39,762 bases of DNA from Vicinamibacterales bacterium (lineage in GTDB: Bacteria > Acidobacteriota > Vicinamibacteria > Vicinamibacterales > Fen-181): positions 1 through 39,762 of the forward strand of contig JARKSS010000007.1 of the NCBI GenBank assembly GCA_029974175.1, given 5' to 3'. Below are positions 23,317-31,638 of this stretch, piece by piece (position 1 is the stretch's first letter; each line of letters begins with the position of its first letter). A program made the translations under genes and the position numbers. The notes beneath the pieces are model-generated. The model was not told the origin of the DNA. It was given only the letters and a program-made list of their open reading frames with translations, and ran no database searches.

Positions 23317-24731
23317 ACGACCTCTTCGACCTGCCGTTCGAGCCTCCCGAGGAGGAACCCGAGCCTGCCCCAGGCAAGGTCGAGGGGCCGCCGCCGGCGC
23401 CAGCCCCGCGCGTGTGGACCGTCAGCGCGCTCACCGCGGCCATCCGCGACCTGCTCGAAACCCGCTTCGCCGACGTGTGGATCGAGGGGGAGATCTCCAA
23501 CTGCCGCCCGTGGCGCACCGGCCACCTCTACTTCACCCTCAAGGACGAGGGGGCGCAGATCAAGGCGGTCATGTTCCGGTCGGCGGTGCGCGCGCTGAAG
23601 TTCCGCCCCGAGGACGGCCTCGGCGTGCTCGTGCGCGGGCGGATTGGCGTGTACGACCCCAAGGGCGAGTACCAGGTCGTCTGCGATCGGATGGAGCCGC
23701 AGGGGCTCGGCGCGCTGCAGCTGGCCTTCGAACAGCTGAAGAAGCGGCTGCAGGCCGAAGGGCTCTTCGACGCCGCGCGCAAGCGCCCGCTCCCGGCCCT
23801 TCCCCGCCGGATCGGGATCGTGACCTCGCTCGACGGCGCGGCGCTGCGCGACATCATCAAGGTGATCACGCGGCGCCACCCGAACGTCAGCCTGGTGATC
23901 TGCCCGGCGCGTGTCCAGGGCGAAGGGGCCTCGTTCGAGATCGCCCGGGCGCTGCAGCAGGTCGCCCGGCAGCCCGGCGTGGACGTCGTCATCGTGGGGC
24001 GCGGGGGCGGGTCGGCCGAGGATCTCTGGGCCTTCAACGAGGAGCGGGTGGCTCGCGCGATCGCGAACTGCCCGGTGCCGGTCATTTCGGCCGTGGGCCA
24101 CGAGACCGACGTCACCATTGCCGACTTCGTCGCCGACCTCCGCGCACCAACCCCCTCGGCGGCCGCCGAGATTGTCGTGGCCGGCAAGGACGAACTGTGC
24201 TCCCGGATCGACCGGCTGGCCGTGCGCCTGAGGGCGGCGGTCCGCGCGCGCATCGACCGCGCGAGGGGACGCGTGCACCAGCTCTCGGGGCGCCCCGGGC
24301 TGGCGGCGTGGCCTGGCCGGCTGGCGCTGCGGGGGCGGCACCTCGCCGATCTCACGCACCAGCTCGGACGCGCCGGCCGCGCGCTGGTGGCCCGGCGCGA
24401 ACGCCGTTATCATGAGCTGCACCTGCAGCTCGAGTCCTTCGACCTGCGGCGGCGGCTGGGAGCCATCGCGGCGCGGCTCGCGCGCAGTCACGGCGCGCTC
24501 CGTGCGGCAGCGCAGGCCGTGCTCCACCGGGGCACCATGCGCGTGCGACAGCAGGCGGCCCGCCTCGACGCGCTCAGCCCGCTCGCGGTGCTCGGACGCG
24601 GGTACGCCGTCTGCTGGAACGCCGACCGGACCCGGATCCTGCGCGACGCCGGCGCGGTCGCCGACGGCGAGGCGGTGCGCGTCACGCTGCACAAGGGCGA
24701 GATCACCGCGACGGTCACCAAGCGCCCCTGA
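23313..24731 (+). CDS. xseA: exodeoxyribonuclease VII large subunit
   Basis: ORF 23313..24731. WIEGEISNCRPWRTGHLYFTLKDEGAQIKAVMFRS, GIVTS..GAALRDI, GRGGGS.EDLW.FN.E motifs. ATGA overlap with the upstream gene. Confidence 0.93.
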   Translation: MNDLFDLPFEPPEEEPEPAPGKVEGPPPAPAPRVWTVSALTAAIRDLLETRFADVWIEGEISNCRPWRTGHLYFTLKDEGAQIKAVMFRSAVRALKFRPEDGLGVLVRGRIGVYDPKGEYQVVCDRMEPQGLGALQLAFEQLKKRLQAEGLFDAARKRPLPALPRRIGIVTSLDGAALRDIIKVITRRHPNVSLVICPARVQGEGASFEIARALQQVARQPGVDVVIVGRGGGSAEDLWAFNEERVARAIANCPVPVISAVGHETDVTIADFVADLRAPTPSAAAEIVVAGKDELCSRIDRLAVRLRAAVRARIDRARGRVHQLSGRPGLAAWPGRLALRGRHLADLTHQLGRAGRALVARRERRYHELHLQLESFDLRRRLGAIAARLARSHGALRAAAQAVLHRGTMRVRQQAARLDALSPLAVLGRGYAVCWNADRTRILRDAGAVADGEAVRVTLHKGEITATVTKRP

Positions 24732-24742
24732 GGCCCGCGATC

Positions 24743-25036
24743 ATGGATGGCACCATCAAGGACTTCGAGGCGGCCATCGCCGAGCTCGAGGCCATCGTCA
24801 GGAAGCTCGAAGAGGGTGACCTGCCCCTCGAGCAGTCGCTCTCGCTCTACGAGCGCGGCGTCCACCTCTCGCGCTACTGCCACGCGCGCCTCGAGGATGC
24901 CGAGCGGCGCATCGAGATCCTCGACGAGCGCGGCGAGCTGCGCCAGGCGCCGCCGGCGCTGGCCAACCCGCGCAACGGCGAGGAGACCGGCCGCGACACC
25001 CAGGGCGATCGCCCCGACCCGGAGCGCCGGCGGTGA
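24743..25036 (+). CDS. xseB: exodeoxyribonuclease VII small subunit
   Basis: ORF 24743..25036. FEAAIAELEAIVRKLEEGDLPLEQSLSLYERGVHLSRYCHARLEDAERRIEIL. Confidence 0.9.
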   Translation: MDGTIKDFEAAIAELEAIVRKLEEGDLPLEQSLSLYERGVHLSRYCHARLEDAERRIEILDERGELRQAPPALANPRNGEETGRDTQGDRPDPERRR

Positions 25037-26094
25037 CGCCAGGGCCGGCACTGTCCCTCGACGAGTACCTCCGCACGCGGCGCCGCCTGGTGGACGCGGC
25101 GCTCGAGCGCTCTCTGCCCTCGCCCCCTGCCTGCCCCGCCGTCATCGCCGAGGCCATGCGCTACAGCCTGTTCGCCGGCGGCAAGCGGCTGCGCCCCATC
25201 CTCGTGCTGGCCGCGGCTGAAACGATCGCCGCCGACGCGTCGCTCCAGGCACCCGCAATGGCCAGCGTCTTCGCGGCGGCCGCCGGCTCGCCGGAGCGAT
25301 GGGAGGCGCCCGGCGCCGGCGACCTCGAAGCCGGTGCCGCGGAACGCGTCGCGATCAGCCTCGCGCTGCCGGCTGCCTGCGCGATCGAGATGATTCACAC
25401 CTACTCGCTGGTCCACGACGATCTGCCCGCCATGGACGATGACACCCTGCGGCGGGGACGGCCGACCAGCCACGTGGTCTACGGCGAAGGGATGGCCATT
25501 CTCGTCGGCGACGGCCTGCTGACCGAGGCGTTCGCGCTGCTCGCGCGCGGCTCGCGGGATGAAAGCGCGGGCGCTGGTGCAGCCCCGGCGCTGCCGGGAT
25601 TGCCCGAGCGCCTCCAGCGGACGATCGCCGTCATCGCCGAGGCCGCTGGCGCCTGCGGGATGGTGGGCGGCCAGGCGATCGACCTGCAGGCGGTCGGCAC
25701 CGCGCGCCTGGCGTCGCTCGAGGCGCTTCGCGACATGCACGCGCGGAAGACGGGCGCCCTCATCAGGGCCTCGGCCGTGGCGGGGGCGGTGATGGCAGGC
25801 GCCGCCGACCCCGTCGTGGCCGGGATCGACCGCTACGGCGCCGCGATCGGCCTGGCCTTCCAGATCGTGGACGACATCCTCGACGTCGAGGGGTCGAGCG
25901 CCGACTTGGGCAAGACCGCCGGGAAGGACGCCGCGGCCGGCAAGCCGACCTACCCTGCCCTTCTCGGCCTCGACGCGTCACGCCGCCTTGCCGCCGAGGC
26001 GATGGACGAGGCCCGCGATGCGCTGGCCTCGGTCGGCATCCAGGGCAGCCGCCTGGAAGAGATCGCGCGGTGGGTGGTGGAAAGACACTCGTAA
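25033..26094 (+). CDS. ispA: (E)-polyprenyl diphosphate synthase, FPP-synthase-like, with an Ala/Gly-rich insertion
   Basis: ORF 25033..26094 (GTG, GTGA overlap with xseB). GGKRLRP, FARM LVHDDLPAMDDDTLRRGRPT, KTGALI, SARM FQIVDDILD. The xseB-ispA synteny is classical. Confidence 0.87.
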   Translation: MTPGPALSLDEYLRTRRRLVDAALERSLPSPPACPAVIAEAMRYSLFAGGKRLRPILVLAAAETIAADASLQAPAMASVFAAAAGSPERWEAPGAGDLEAGAAERVAISLALPAACAIEMIHTYSLVHDDLPAMDDDTLRRGRPTSHVVYGEGMAILVGDGLLTEAFALLARGSRDESAGAGAAPALPGLPERLQRTIAVIAEAAGACGMVGGQAIDLQAVGTARLASLEALRDMHARKTGALIRASAVAGAVMAGAADPVVAGIDRYGAAIGLAFQIVDDILDVEGSSADLGKTAGKDAAAGKPTYPALLGLDASRRLAAEAMDEARDALASVGIQGSRLEEIARWVVERHS

Positions 26095-26101
26095 CGTCGC
26101 C

Positions 26102-26830
26102 ATGAAGACCCGTCTCGACCTGCTGCTCGTCGCACGTGGCCTGGCCCCGTCGCGCGAGCGGGCGCGCGGGCTGATCCTCGCCGGGCAGGTTCGCGTCAAC
26201 GGCGCGATGGCCGACAAGGCAGGGACGATGGTCGCCGAGGATGCGGGGGTGGAGCTGGTCAAGCCGGACCACCCGTACGTGGGGCGCGGCGGGTTGAAGC
26301 TGGCGCACGCGCTCGACACCTTCGCGATCGGGGTCGAGGGGCGCGAGGCGCTCGACATCGGGGCCTCGACCGGCGGATTCACCGACGTGCTGCTTCGGCG
26401 AGGGGCGCGGCGGGTGGTGGCGCTCGATGTCGGCCATGGGCAGCTCGACTGGAAACTGCGCACCGATCCGCGGGTGGTCGTCATCGAGGGACTGAATGCG
26501 CGGTACCTCGAGCCGTCCCACCTGCCCGGGCCGGTTGACCTGGTGGCCATCGACGTCTCGTTCATCTCGCTGACGCAGATCCTGCCGCGCGTCCCTGCGC
26601 TGCTGGCCCCGTCTGCCGATATCGTGGCGCTGGTGAAGCCGCAGTTCGAAGCCGGGCGCGAGGAGGTCGGGCCCAAGGGGATCGTACGCGACCCGGCGGT
26701 CCACGAGCGTGTCGTCGAGAAGGTCGCGAGTGCCGCCGAGGAGGTGGGCCTGTCGCGCGCCGCCCTGACGACCTCGCCCATTACCGGGTCGGAGGGGAAC
26801 GTCGAGTTCCTGCTGCATCTTAGGGGCTAG
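26102..26830 (+). CDS. tlyA: TlyA family rRNA (cytidine-2'-O)-methyltransferase
   Basis: Within ORF 25988..26830. ATG 26102 gives MKTRLDLLLVARGLAPSRERARGLILAGQVRVNG (S4 domain), followed by an FtsJ-like domain (LDIGASTGGFTDVLL, DVSFISL). Confidence 0.9.
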   Translation: MKTRLDLLLVARGLAPSRERARGLILAGQVRVNGAMADKAGTMVAEDAGVELVKPDHPYVGRGGLKLAHALDTFAIGVEGREALDIGASTGGFTDVLLRRGARRVVALDVGHGQLDWKLRTDPRVVVIEGLNARYLEPSHLPGPVDLVAIDVSFISLTQILPRVPALLAPSADIVALVKPQFEAGREEVGPKGIVRDPAVHERVVEKVASAAEEVGLSRAALTTSPITGSEGNVEFLLHLRG

Positions 26831-26855
26831 GGGCTGGGGGCTGGGCTCGGGGCTG
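26821..26855. repeat. heptamer tandem array (GGGGCTA-type, opposite orientation), locus B
   Basis: taggggc taggggc tgggggc tgggctc ggggctg. Includes the tlyA stop TAG at 26828-26830. Confidence 0.85.
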
Positions 26856-26864
26856 AGGAAAGAA

Positions 26865-26950
26865 GCCTGCAATGCAAAAGGGAAGATGGAGAATGAAAGA
26901 AGGGCGTGGTTCTACATCTTTCCTTCGGCATTTTGCATTCAGGCCGCGTT
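26865..26950. repeat. low-GC hairpin element, copy 2 of 3
   Basis: Shares ATGGAGAATG.A.AA..GGGCG...TTCTACAT and TTGCATTCAGGCYGCGTT blocks, in the same order, with copy 3. The outer arms GCCTGCAATGCAAAAG and CATTTTGCATTCAGGC are complementary. Confidence 0.8.
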
Positions 26951-26982
26951 TTCCAGCGGCCGGCTAGGGCCTGGAGGCCGTG

Positions 26983-27867
26983 ATGGCAGCCATCTCGCGG
27001 GTCGGGATCGTCGCCAAGCCGCAGCTGGAAGCGGTGGCAGCGCACCTTGCTGAAACGGCCGCGTGGCTCGAAGCGCGGCATGTCGAGCCGGTCTTCGACA
27101 CGAACACGGCGGCGCTCGGGCGAGTTGGCGCGGGGCGCCGTTCGGTGAGCCGCGAGGAACTGCCGCGGCTGGTGGACCTGCTGCTCGTCTTCGGCGGGGA
27201 CGGGACGTTCCTCGCGGTGGCCGGCCGCGTGGCCGAGTCGGGCCGCGACATCCCGATCCTCGGCGTGAACTTCGGCCACCTCGGCTTCCTCACCGAGGTC
27301 GCGTGGCCCGGGATGTTCGCCTCGCTCGAGGCGGCCATCGCCGGCGAGGCCGCCTTCGACCGCCGGCTCGTGATCAGGGCCTCGGTGCGGCGGTCGGGCC
27401 GCGAGACAGCCCGTCGCTTCGCCCTCAACGACGTGGTGGTGACGCGCGGCGCGCTGTCGCGCATCATCCCGCTGTCGGTCACCGTCGGAGGCGAGTTCGT
27501 CGCCACCTTCCATGCCGACGGGCTCATCATCTCGAGCCCCACCGGGTCCACCGCCTACAACCTGTCGGCCGGCGGCCCCATCGTGCACCCCGACGTGGAC
27601 GCCCTGGTGCTCACGCCCATCGCCCCGCACATGCTGAGCAACCGACCGGTCGTGATCCCCGCTTCCACCGAGGTGGTGGTGCACCCCGTCGCCCTCGGCG
27701 CCGGGCAGGAGGCGTCGGTCTCGATCGACGGCCAGGGCAGCCAGGGCCTCGTGCCGGATGACACGCTGCACGTGGTCCGCCACGATCAGCCGATCCGCCT
27801 GGTCGAGTCGCCGTCGCACAGCTACTTCGAGGTGCTGCGGAAAAAGCTGAAGTGGGCCGAGCGGTAG
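26983..27867 (+). CDS. nadK: NAD(+) kinase
   Basis: ORF 26980..27867 (GTG 26980 or ATG 26983; GGAGG at 26973-26977). GGDGTFL, NFGHLGFLTE, DGLIISSPTGSTAYNLSAGGPIVHP. Confidence 0.92.
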   Translation: MAAISRVGIVAKPQLEAVAAHLAETAAWLEARHVEPVFDTNTAALGRVGAGRRSVSREELPRLVDLLLVFGGDGTFLAVAGRVAESGRDIPILGVNFGHLGFLTEVAWPGMFASLEAAIAGEAAFDRRLVIRASVRRSGRETARRFALNDVVVTRGALSRIIPLSVTVGGEFVATFHADGLIISSPTGSTAYNLSAGGPIVHPDVDALVLTPIAPHMLSNRPVVIPASTEVVVHPVALGAGQEASVSIDGQGSQGLVPDDTLHVVRHDQPIRLVESPSHSYFEVLRKKLKWAER

Positions 27868-27881
27868 ACTACGATTGATCC

Positions 27882-28913
27882 ATGCGACGCCTCGCGCTGG
27901 TGCTCGTTGTTCTTGCGGCCGTGGCGGCTGCCGCCTTGTGGGCTTTCGAGCAGAGACTCGCCCGGCCCTACAAGGGGTACGAGGGCGCGGAGGTGTTCGT
28001 CGAGATCCTGCCGGGCGAGGGGACCGCGGTCATCGGCCGCAAGCTGATCGAGGCGGGCGTGGTGGCCGATCGCTGGACCTTCCGGGCCGTGCTCTGGCGC
28101 ACGGGAGAGGCGCGGCGGCTCAAGGCCGGCGAGTACCGGTTCGATCGGCCCCTCAGCCCACGCGAGGTGATCGCCAAGCTGGCACGGGGCGACGTCTACC
28201 TGCGGACCATCACCGTCCGCGAGGGGCTGACCATCCGCGAGATGGCGCGCGTCTGGGAGGAGCAGGGATTCGGCACGGCGTCCGAGTTCCGCCAGGCGGC
28301 CGGGCGGGCGTCGCTGATTCACGACCTCGATCCCGAGGCCCGCGACCTCGAAGGCTACCTGTTCCCCGACACCTACGCGCTGCCCCGGCGCGCGAGCGCA
28401 GACCTGCTGGTCGAACGGATGGTCGCGGGCTTTCGCCGCGTCTTCACCGAGGAGTTGCGGGAGGCGGCACGCGCGCAGGGGTTCACCGTGCGCCAGGTGG
28501 TCACGCTGGCCGCGCTCGTCGAGAAGGAGACGGCCAAGCCGGAGGAACGGCCGATCGTCGCCGGCGTCTACCGCCAGCGCCTTCGGATCGGGATGCCGCT
28601 GCAAGCCGACCCCACCGTCATCTACGCGCTGGTCGCAGCGGGACGCTACAACGGCAACCTGACCCGCGAGGGGCTGCAGTTCGACTCGCCCTACAACACC
28701 TACCGCTACCCGGGGCTTCCGCCGGGCCCGATTGCGGCACCCGGTCGAGGATCACTGGAGGCGGCGGCACGGCCGGCGGAGGTGGACTACCTGTACTTCG
28801 TCAGCCGAAACGACGGCTCGCACATCTTCTCCCGCACGCTCGACGAGCACAACCGCGCCGTCTTCCGCTACCAGGTCAAACCCTTTCGAAGCCGTCAGCG
28901 GGGCGGACGCTAA
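27882..28913 (+). CDS. mltG: endolytic murein transglycosylase (YceG-like)
   Basis: ORF 27882..28913. N-terminal TM segment, then GEYRF....S..E...KL..G, LEGYLFPDTY, LASLVEKE-like, SPYNTY...GLPPGPI, DYLYFV. Confidence 0.92.
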   Translation: MRRLALVLVVLAAVAAAALWAFEQRLARPYKGYEGAEVFVEILPGEGTAVIGRKLIEAGVVADRWTFRAVLWRTGEARRLKAGEYRFDRPLSPREVIAKLARGDVYLRTITVREGLTIREMARVWEEQGFGTASEFRQAAGRASLIHDLDPEARDLEGYLFPDTYALPRRASADLLVERMVAGFRRVFTEELREAARAQGFTVRQVVTLAALVEKETAKPEERPIVAGVYRQRLRIGMPLQADPTVIYALVAAGRYNGNLTREGLQFDSPYNTYRYPGLPPGPIAAPGRGSLEAAARPAEVDYLYFVSRNDGSHIFSRTLDEHNRAVFRYQVKPFRSRQRGGR

Positions 28914-28937
28914 CAGGCCGCTGACCAAGAAACCCGC

Positions 28938-29012
28938 CATGAATGGAGAATGTAGAAAGGGCGCCTTTCTACATTGTTCATTCTTCATTCTCAATTGCAT
29001 TCAGGCTGCGTT
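28938..29012. repeat. low-GC hairpin element, copy 3 of 3; probable bidirectional terminator between mltG and ruvX
   Basis: Core near-perfect palindrome ATGTAGAAAGG-gcg-CCTTTCTACAT (28950-28974), flanked by GAATG...CATTC. 3' block TTGCATTCAGGCTGCGTT (28995-29012). Confidence 0.8.
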
Positions 29013-29014
29013 GT

Positions 29015-29446
29015 TCACCGCTCTGTTGTCCGCTCGTCCAGGTACTCCTGGAGGATGATCGCGGCCGCGGCGGCGTCGAGCTTCTTCTTGCGGCTGCGCC
29101 AGTCGCGATCGCGCAGGGCAAGCCGGCTCTCGGCTTCCACGCTCGTCAGCCGCTCGTCCCTGAGGACGACCGGCTGCGCGATGCGAGCCCGCAGCGCCTC
29201 GGCGAACTCCAGTACCCGCGCCGTCTGCTCGTGCGGCGTGCCGTCGAGATGGCGCGGCAGCCCCAGCACCACCTCCCTCAAACCATCCTCCTCCGAGGCC
29301 AGCCGCCGCACCGCGCGCACCACCTCGTGGAGCCGCTGCTCGCCGCGCGCCTCGAGCACCATCAGCGGCCGGGCGATGACACCCGAGGGGTCGGAGATGG
29401 CCAGTCCCACACGCCGCTCGCCGAGGTCGATGCCGAGCACTCGCAC
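29015..29446 (-). CDS. ruvX: Holliday junction resolvase-like / pre-16S rRNA nuclease (YqgF)
   Basis: ORF 29015..29446 (GTG). MRVLGIDLGERRVGLAISDPSGVIARPL....LPRHLDGT....DERLTS.EAE. Confidence 0.92.
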   Translation of the reverse strand: MRVLGIDLGERRVGLAISDPSGVIARPLMVLEARGEQRLHEVVRAVRRLASEEDGLREVVLGLPRHLDGTPHEQTARVLEFAEALRARIAQPVVLRDERLTSVEAESRLALRDRDWRSRKKKLDAAAAAIILQEYLDERTTER

Positions 29447-29453
29447 GGCGGGA

Positions 29454-29462
29454 TGATATACT
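29454..29462 (+). promoter_or_regulatory. candidate extended -10 element TGaTATACT
   Basis: ggaTGaTATACTcc at 29451-29464, in the 56-nt gap between divergent ruvX and the AP-superfamily gene. No good -35 is seen. Confidence 0.35.
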
Positions 29463-29466
29463 CCAA

Positions 29467-29501
29467 GGCGGAATACCGTCCATAACGGTCCGCATTCCGC
29501 C
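29467..29501 (+). promoter_or_regulatory. 35-nt interrupted palindrome/leader hairpin ending 1 nt before the start codon
   Basis: GGCGGAAT-ACCGT-ccata-ACGGT-ccgc-ATTCCGCC. The ATG is at 29503 and no SD is visible. Confidence 0.5.
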
Positions 29502-29502
29502 G

Positions 29503-31566
29503 ATGACCAAGACCATCCTTCGTGGAGCCGCCGTGCTCGCGGCGGTGCTCGTCGTCGCGGGCGGCTGCTCGTCGTCGCCCCAGCCCTCGTCGTTCAAGCA
29601 GAAGCTGGTGATCCTCGGGTTCGACGGGATGGACCCGCGGCTGTTGGAGCGCTGGATGGACGAGGGCAAGCTGCCCACCTTCAAGAAGCTCGCGGCCGAG
29701 GGCGGTTTCTACCGGCTCGAGACGTCCACCTCGCCCGAGTCGCCCACCTCGTGGGCCTCGTTTGCCGTGGGCGGCAACGCCGGCAAGCACAACATCTTCG
29801 ACTTCCTCGTCCGCGACGTGAAGACCTACGTGCCCGACCTGGGGATGGTCCGCCGCGAGATGCCGTCGTTCCTCTTCGACTTCGTTCCGATGGGCAAGCC
29901 GAAGGCAGTCTCGCTGCGGGGCGGCACGTCGTTCTGGGTGACGGCGGGACGGGCCGGCGTGCGGTCGTCGATCCTCACCGTGCCGGTCACCTTCCCGCCC
30001 GAGGAGGTGCCCTCAGGGGTGATGCTCTCGGGATTGCCGTTGCCCGACATCCGCGGCACCGTGGGCACGTTCTACTACTTCGCGACCGACCTGAGCCGCT
30101 ACGAAGAAGGCAACACCGAGATGGGCGGCATCCTGAAGCGGCTCGTCTTCGAGGGCGACGTCGCGCGCACCGAGCTGGTCGGGCCGTCGAACCCCATCAT
30201 CTCGGCGAGGATGCAGGAAGTGCGGCAGAAGCAGCTGCCGCACGAGCAGGAGCGGGCCGCGATGGCCGAGCTCGAGGCCCAGCGCGACGTCACCCTGCCC
30301 TTCACCATCCGCTGGAACCGGGCCGAGCGCACCGCCACCATCGAGATCCAGGACGCCACCATCCGCCTCGCCGAGGGGCAGTGGAGCAAGTGGGTGCCGC
30401 TCGAGTTCCGCATCAACTTCCTGATGCGCGTCCACGGCATGGCGCAGTTCTACCTGATCAAAGCGTCGGACGATCTGCAGCTGTACATCTCGCCGGTGAA
30501 CTGGCGGCCCGAGAAGCCGGTGATGCCGATCTCGGCGCCCGGCTCGTTCTCAAAAGATCTCTACGACCGCCTCGGCACCTTCCGTACGCTCGGGTGGGCC
30601 GAGGCCACCTGGCCGCTGAACGAGGACCGGATCGACGAGAAGGCGTTCATGGACGACCTGTACCGGGCCTTCGACGACCGGGCGCAGCTGATCCTCCAGC
30701 AGATCGACTCGCGGAAGTACGACCTGGTGGTCGGCGTGATCGAGTCCACCGATCGCGTGCAGCACATGTTCTGGCGTTTCATCGACCCGACGCACCCGAT
30801 GTACGACGCCGAGCAGGCCGCCATGTGGGGCGACGCGATCGAGCGGGTCTACCGCCGCGCCGACCTGCTGGTGGCCGAGGTCGTCGAGCACGTCGAGCCG
30901 GGCACCGATATCGTCGTGCTCTCGGACCACGGCTTTCACTCGTTCAAGCACGGGGTGAACCTCAACACCTGGCTGATCGAGGAGGGCTTCATGGCCCGCC
31001 AGCAGCAGCCGGTGGGTGACAAGAACCTCGACGACATGTTCGGCGGCGGCGGCCAGTTCTGGGAGAACGTGGACTGGTCGCGGACCAAGGCGTACTCGCT
31101 CGGCCTCGGGCAGATCTACTTCAACATGCGCGGCCGCGAGGGCCAGGGCATCGTCAGCGAGGGCGAGGAGTACAAGCAGCTGGCCGACGAGCTGTCGGCG
31201 CGGCTGATGACGATGACCGACCCGAAAACCGGGCAGCGGATCGTGACCGGCGTCTACAAGCGCGACGACGTGTACTCGGGGCCCTACATGGCGAACGCGC
31301 CCGACCTTCAGGTGGGGTTCGCCGACGGGTACCGCGTGTCATGGCAGACCTCGCTCGGAGGCTCGCCGCCCGGGCTGCTCTACGACAACTTGCGCAAGTG
31401 GTCGGGCGACCACTGCTCGTTCGACTACAAGGGGATCCCGGGTGCCATCATCACCACGCGCAAGGTGACCTCCGACCAGGTGCGCATCATCGACATCGCT
31501 CCCACGGTTCTCAAGTACTTCGGCGTCCCGATCCCGAAGGAGATGGACGGGAAGCCGCTGTTCTGA
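29503..31566 (+). CDS. alkaline-phosphatase-superfamily lipoprotein (type I phosphodiesterase/nucleotide pyrophosphatase-like, PF01663-type)
   Basis: ORF 29503..31566. Lipobox VVAGGC. LVILGFDGMDPRLLE, TSTSPESPTSWASF (nucleophile region), VLSDHGFHSF. Confidence 0.83.
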   Translation: MTKTILRGAAVLAAVLVVAGGCSSSPQPSSFKQKLVILGFDGMDPRLLERWMDEGKLPTFKKLAAEGGFYRLETSTSPESPTSWASFAVGGNAGKHNIFDFLVRDVKTYVPDLGMVRREMPSFLFDFVPMGKPKAVSLRGGTSFWVTAGRAGVRSSILTVPVTFPPEEVPSGVMLSGLPLPDIRGTVGTFYYFATDLSRYEEGNTEMGGILKRLVFEGDVARTELVGPSNPIISARMQEVRQKQLPHEQERAAMAELEAQRDVTLPFTIRWNRAERTATIEIQDATIRLAEGQWSKWVPLEFRINFLMRVHGMAQFYLIKASDDLQLYISPVNWRPEKPVMPISAPGSFSKDLYDRLGTFRTLGWAEATWPLNEDRIDEKAFMDDLYRAFDDRAQLILQQIDSRKYDLVVGVIESTDRVQHMFWRFIDPTHPMYDAEQAAMWGDAIERVYRRADLLVAEVVEHVEPGTDIVVLSDHGFHSFKHGVNLNTWLIEEGFMARQQQPVGDKNLDDMFGGGGQFWENVDWSRTKAYSLGLGQIYFNMRGREGQGIVSEGEEYKQLADELSARLMTMTDPKTGQRIVTGVYKRDDVYSGPYMANAPDLQVGFADGYRVSWQTSLGGSPPGLLYDNLRKWSGDHCSFDYKGIPGAIITTRKVTSDQVRIIDIAPTVLKYFGVPIPKEMDGKPLF

Positions 31567-31610
31567 TATGGACAGCCTCCCAGCCGCTTGCAGGCCGCTG
31601 AAGAACGCGC

Positions 31611-31638
31611 CTAGCCCCCAGCCCCTGGCCCCTATTAG
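31611..31638. repeat. degenerate heptamer array (CTAGCCC CCAGCCC CTGGCCC CTATTAG), locus C
   Basis: Lies 45 nt after the stop of the AP-superfamily gene. Ends in GCCCCTATT, as does locus A. Confidence 0.7.

Noticed and set aside
28752-29000. Small ORFs running through the low-GC elements (for example MQLRMKNEQCRKAPFLHSP..., MENVERAPFYIVHSSF...) with peptide similarity between copies
   Set aside because: The peptide similarity follows from nucleotide similarity. The ORFs overlap real gene ends, lack an SD, and have atypical codon usage. The palindromic structure argues for an RNA or DNA element rather than a coding sequence.
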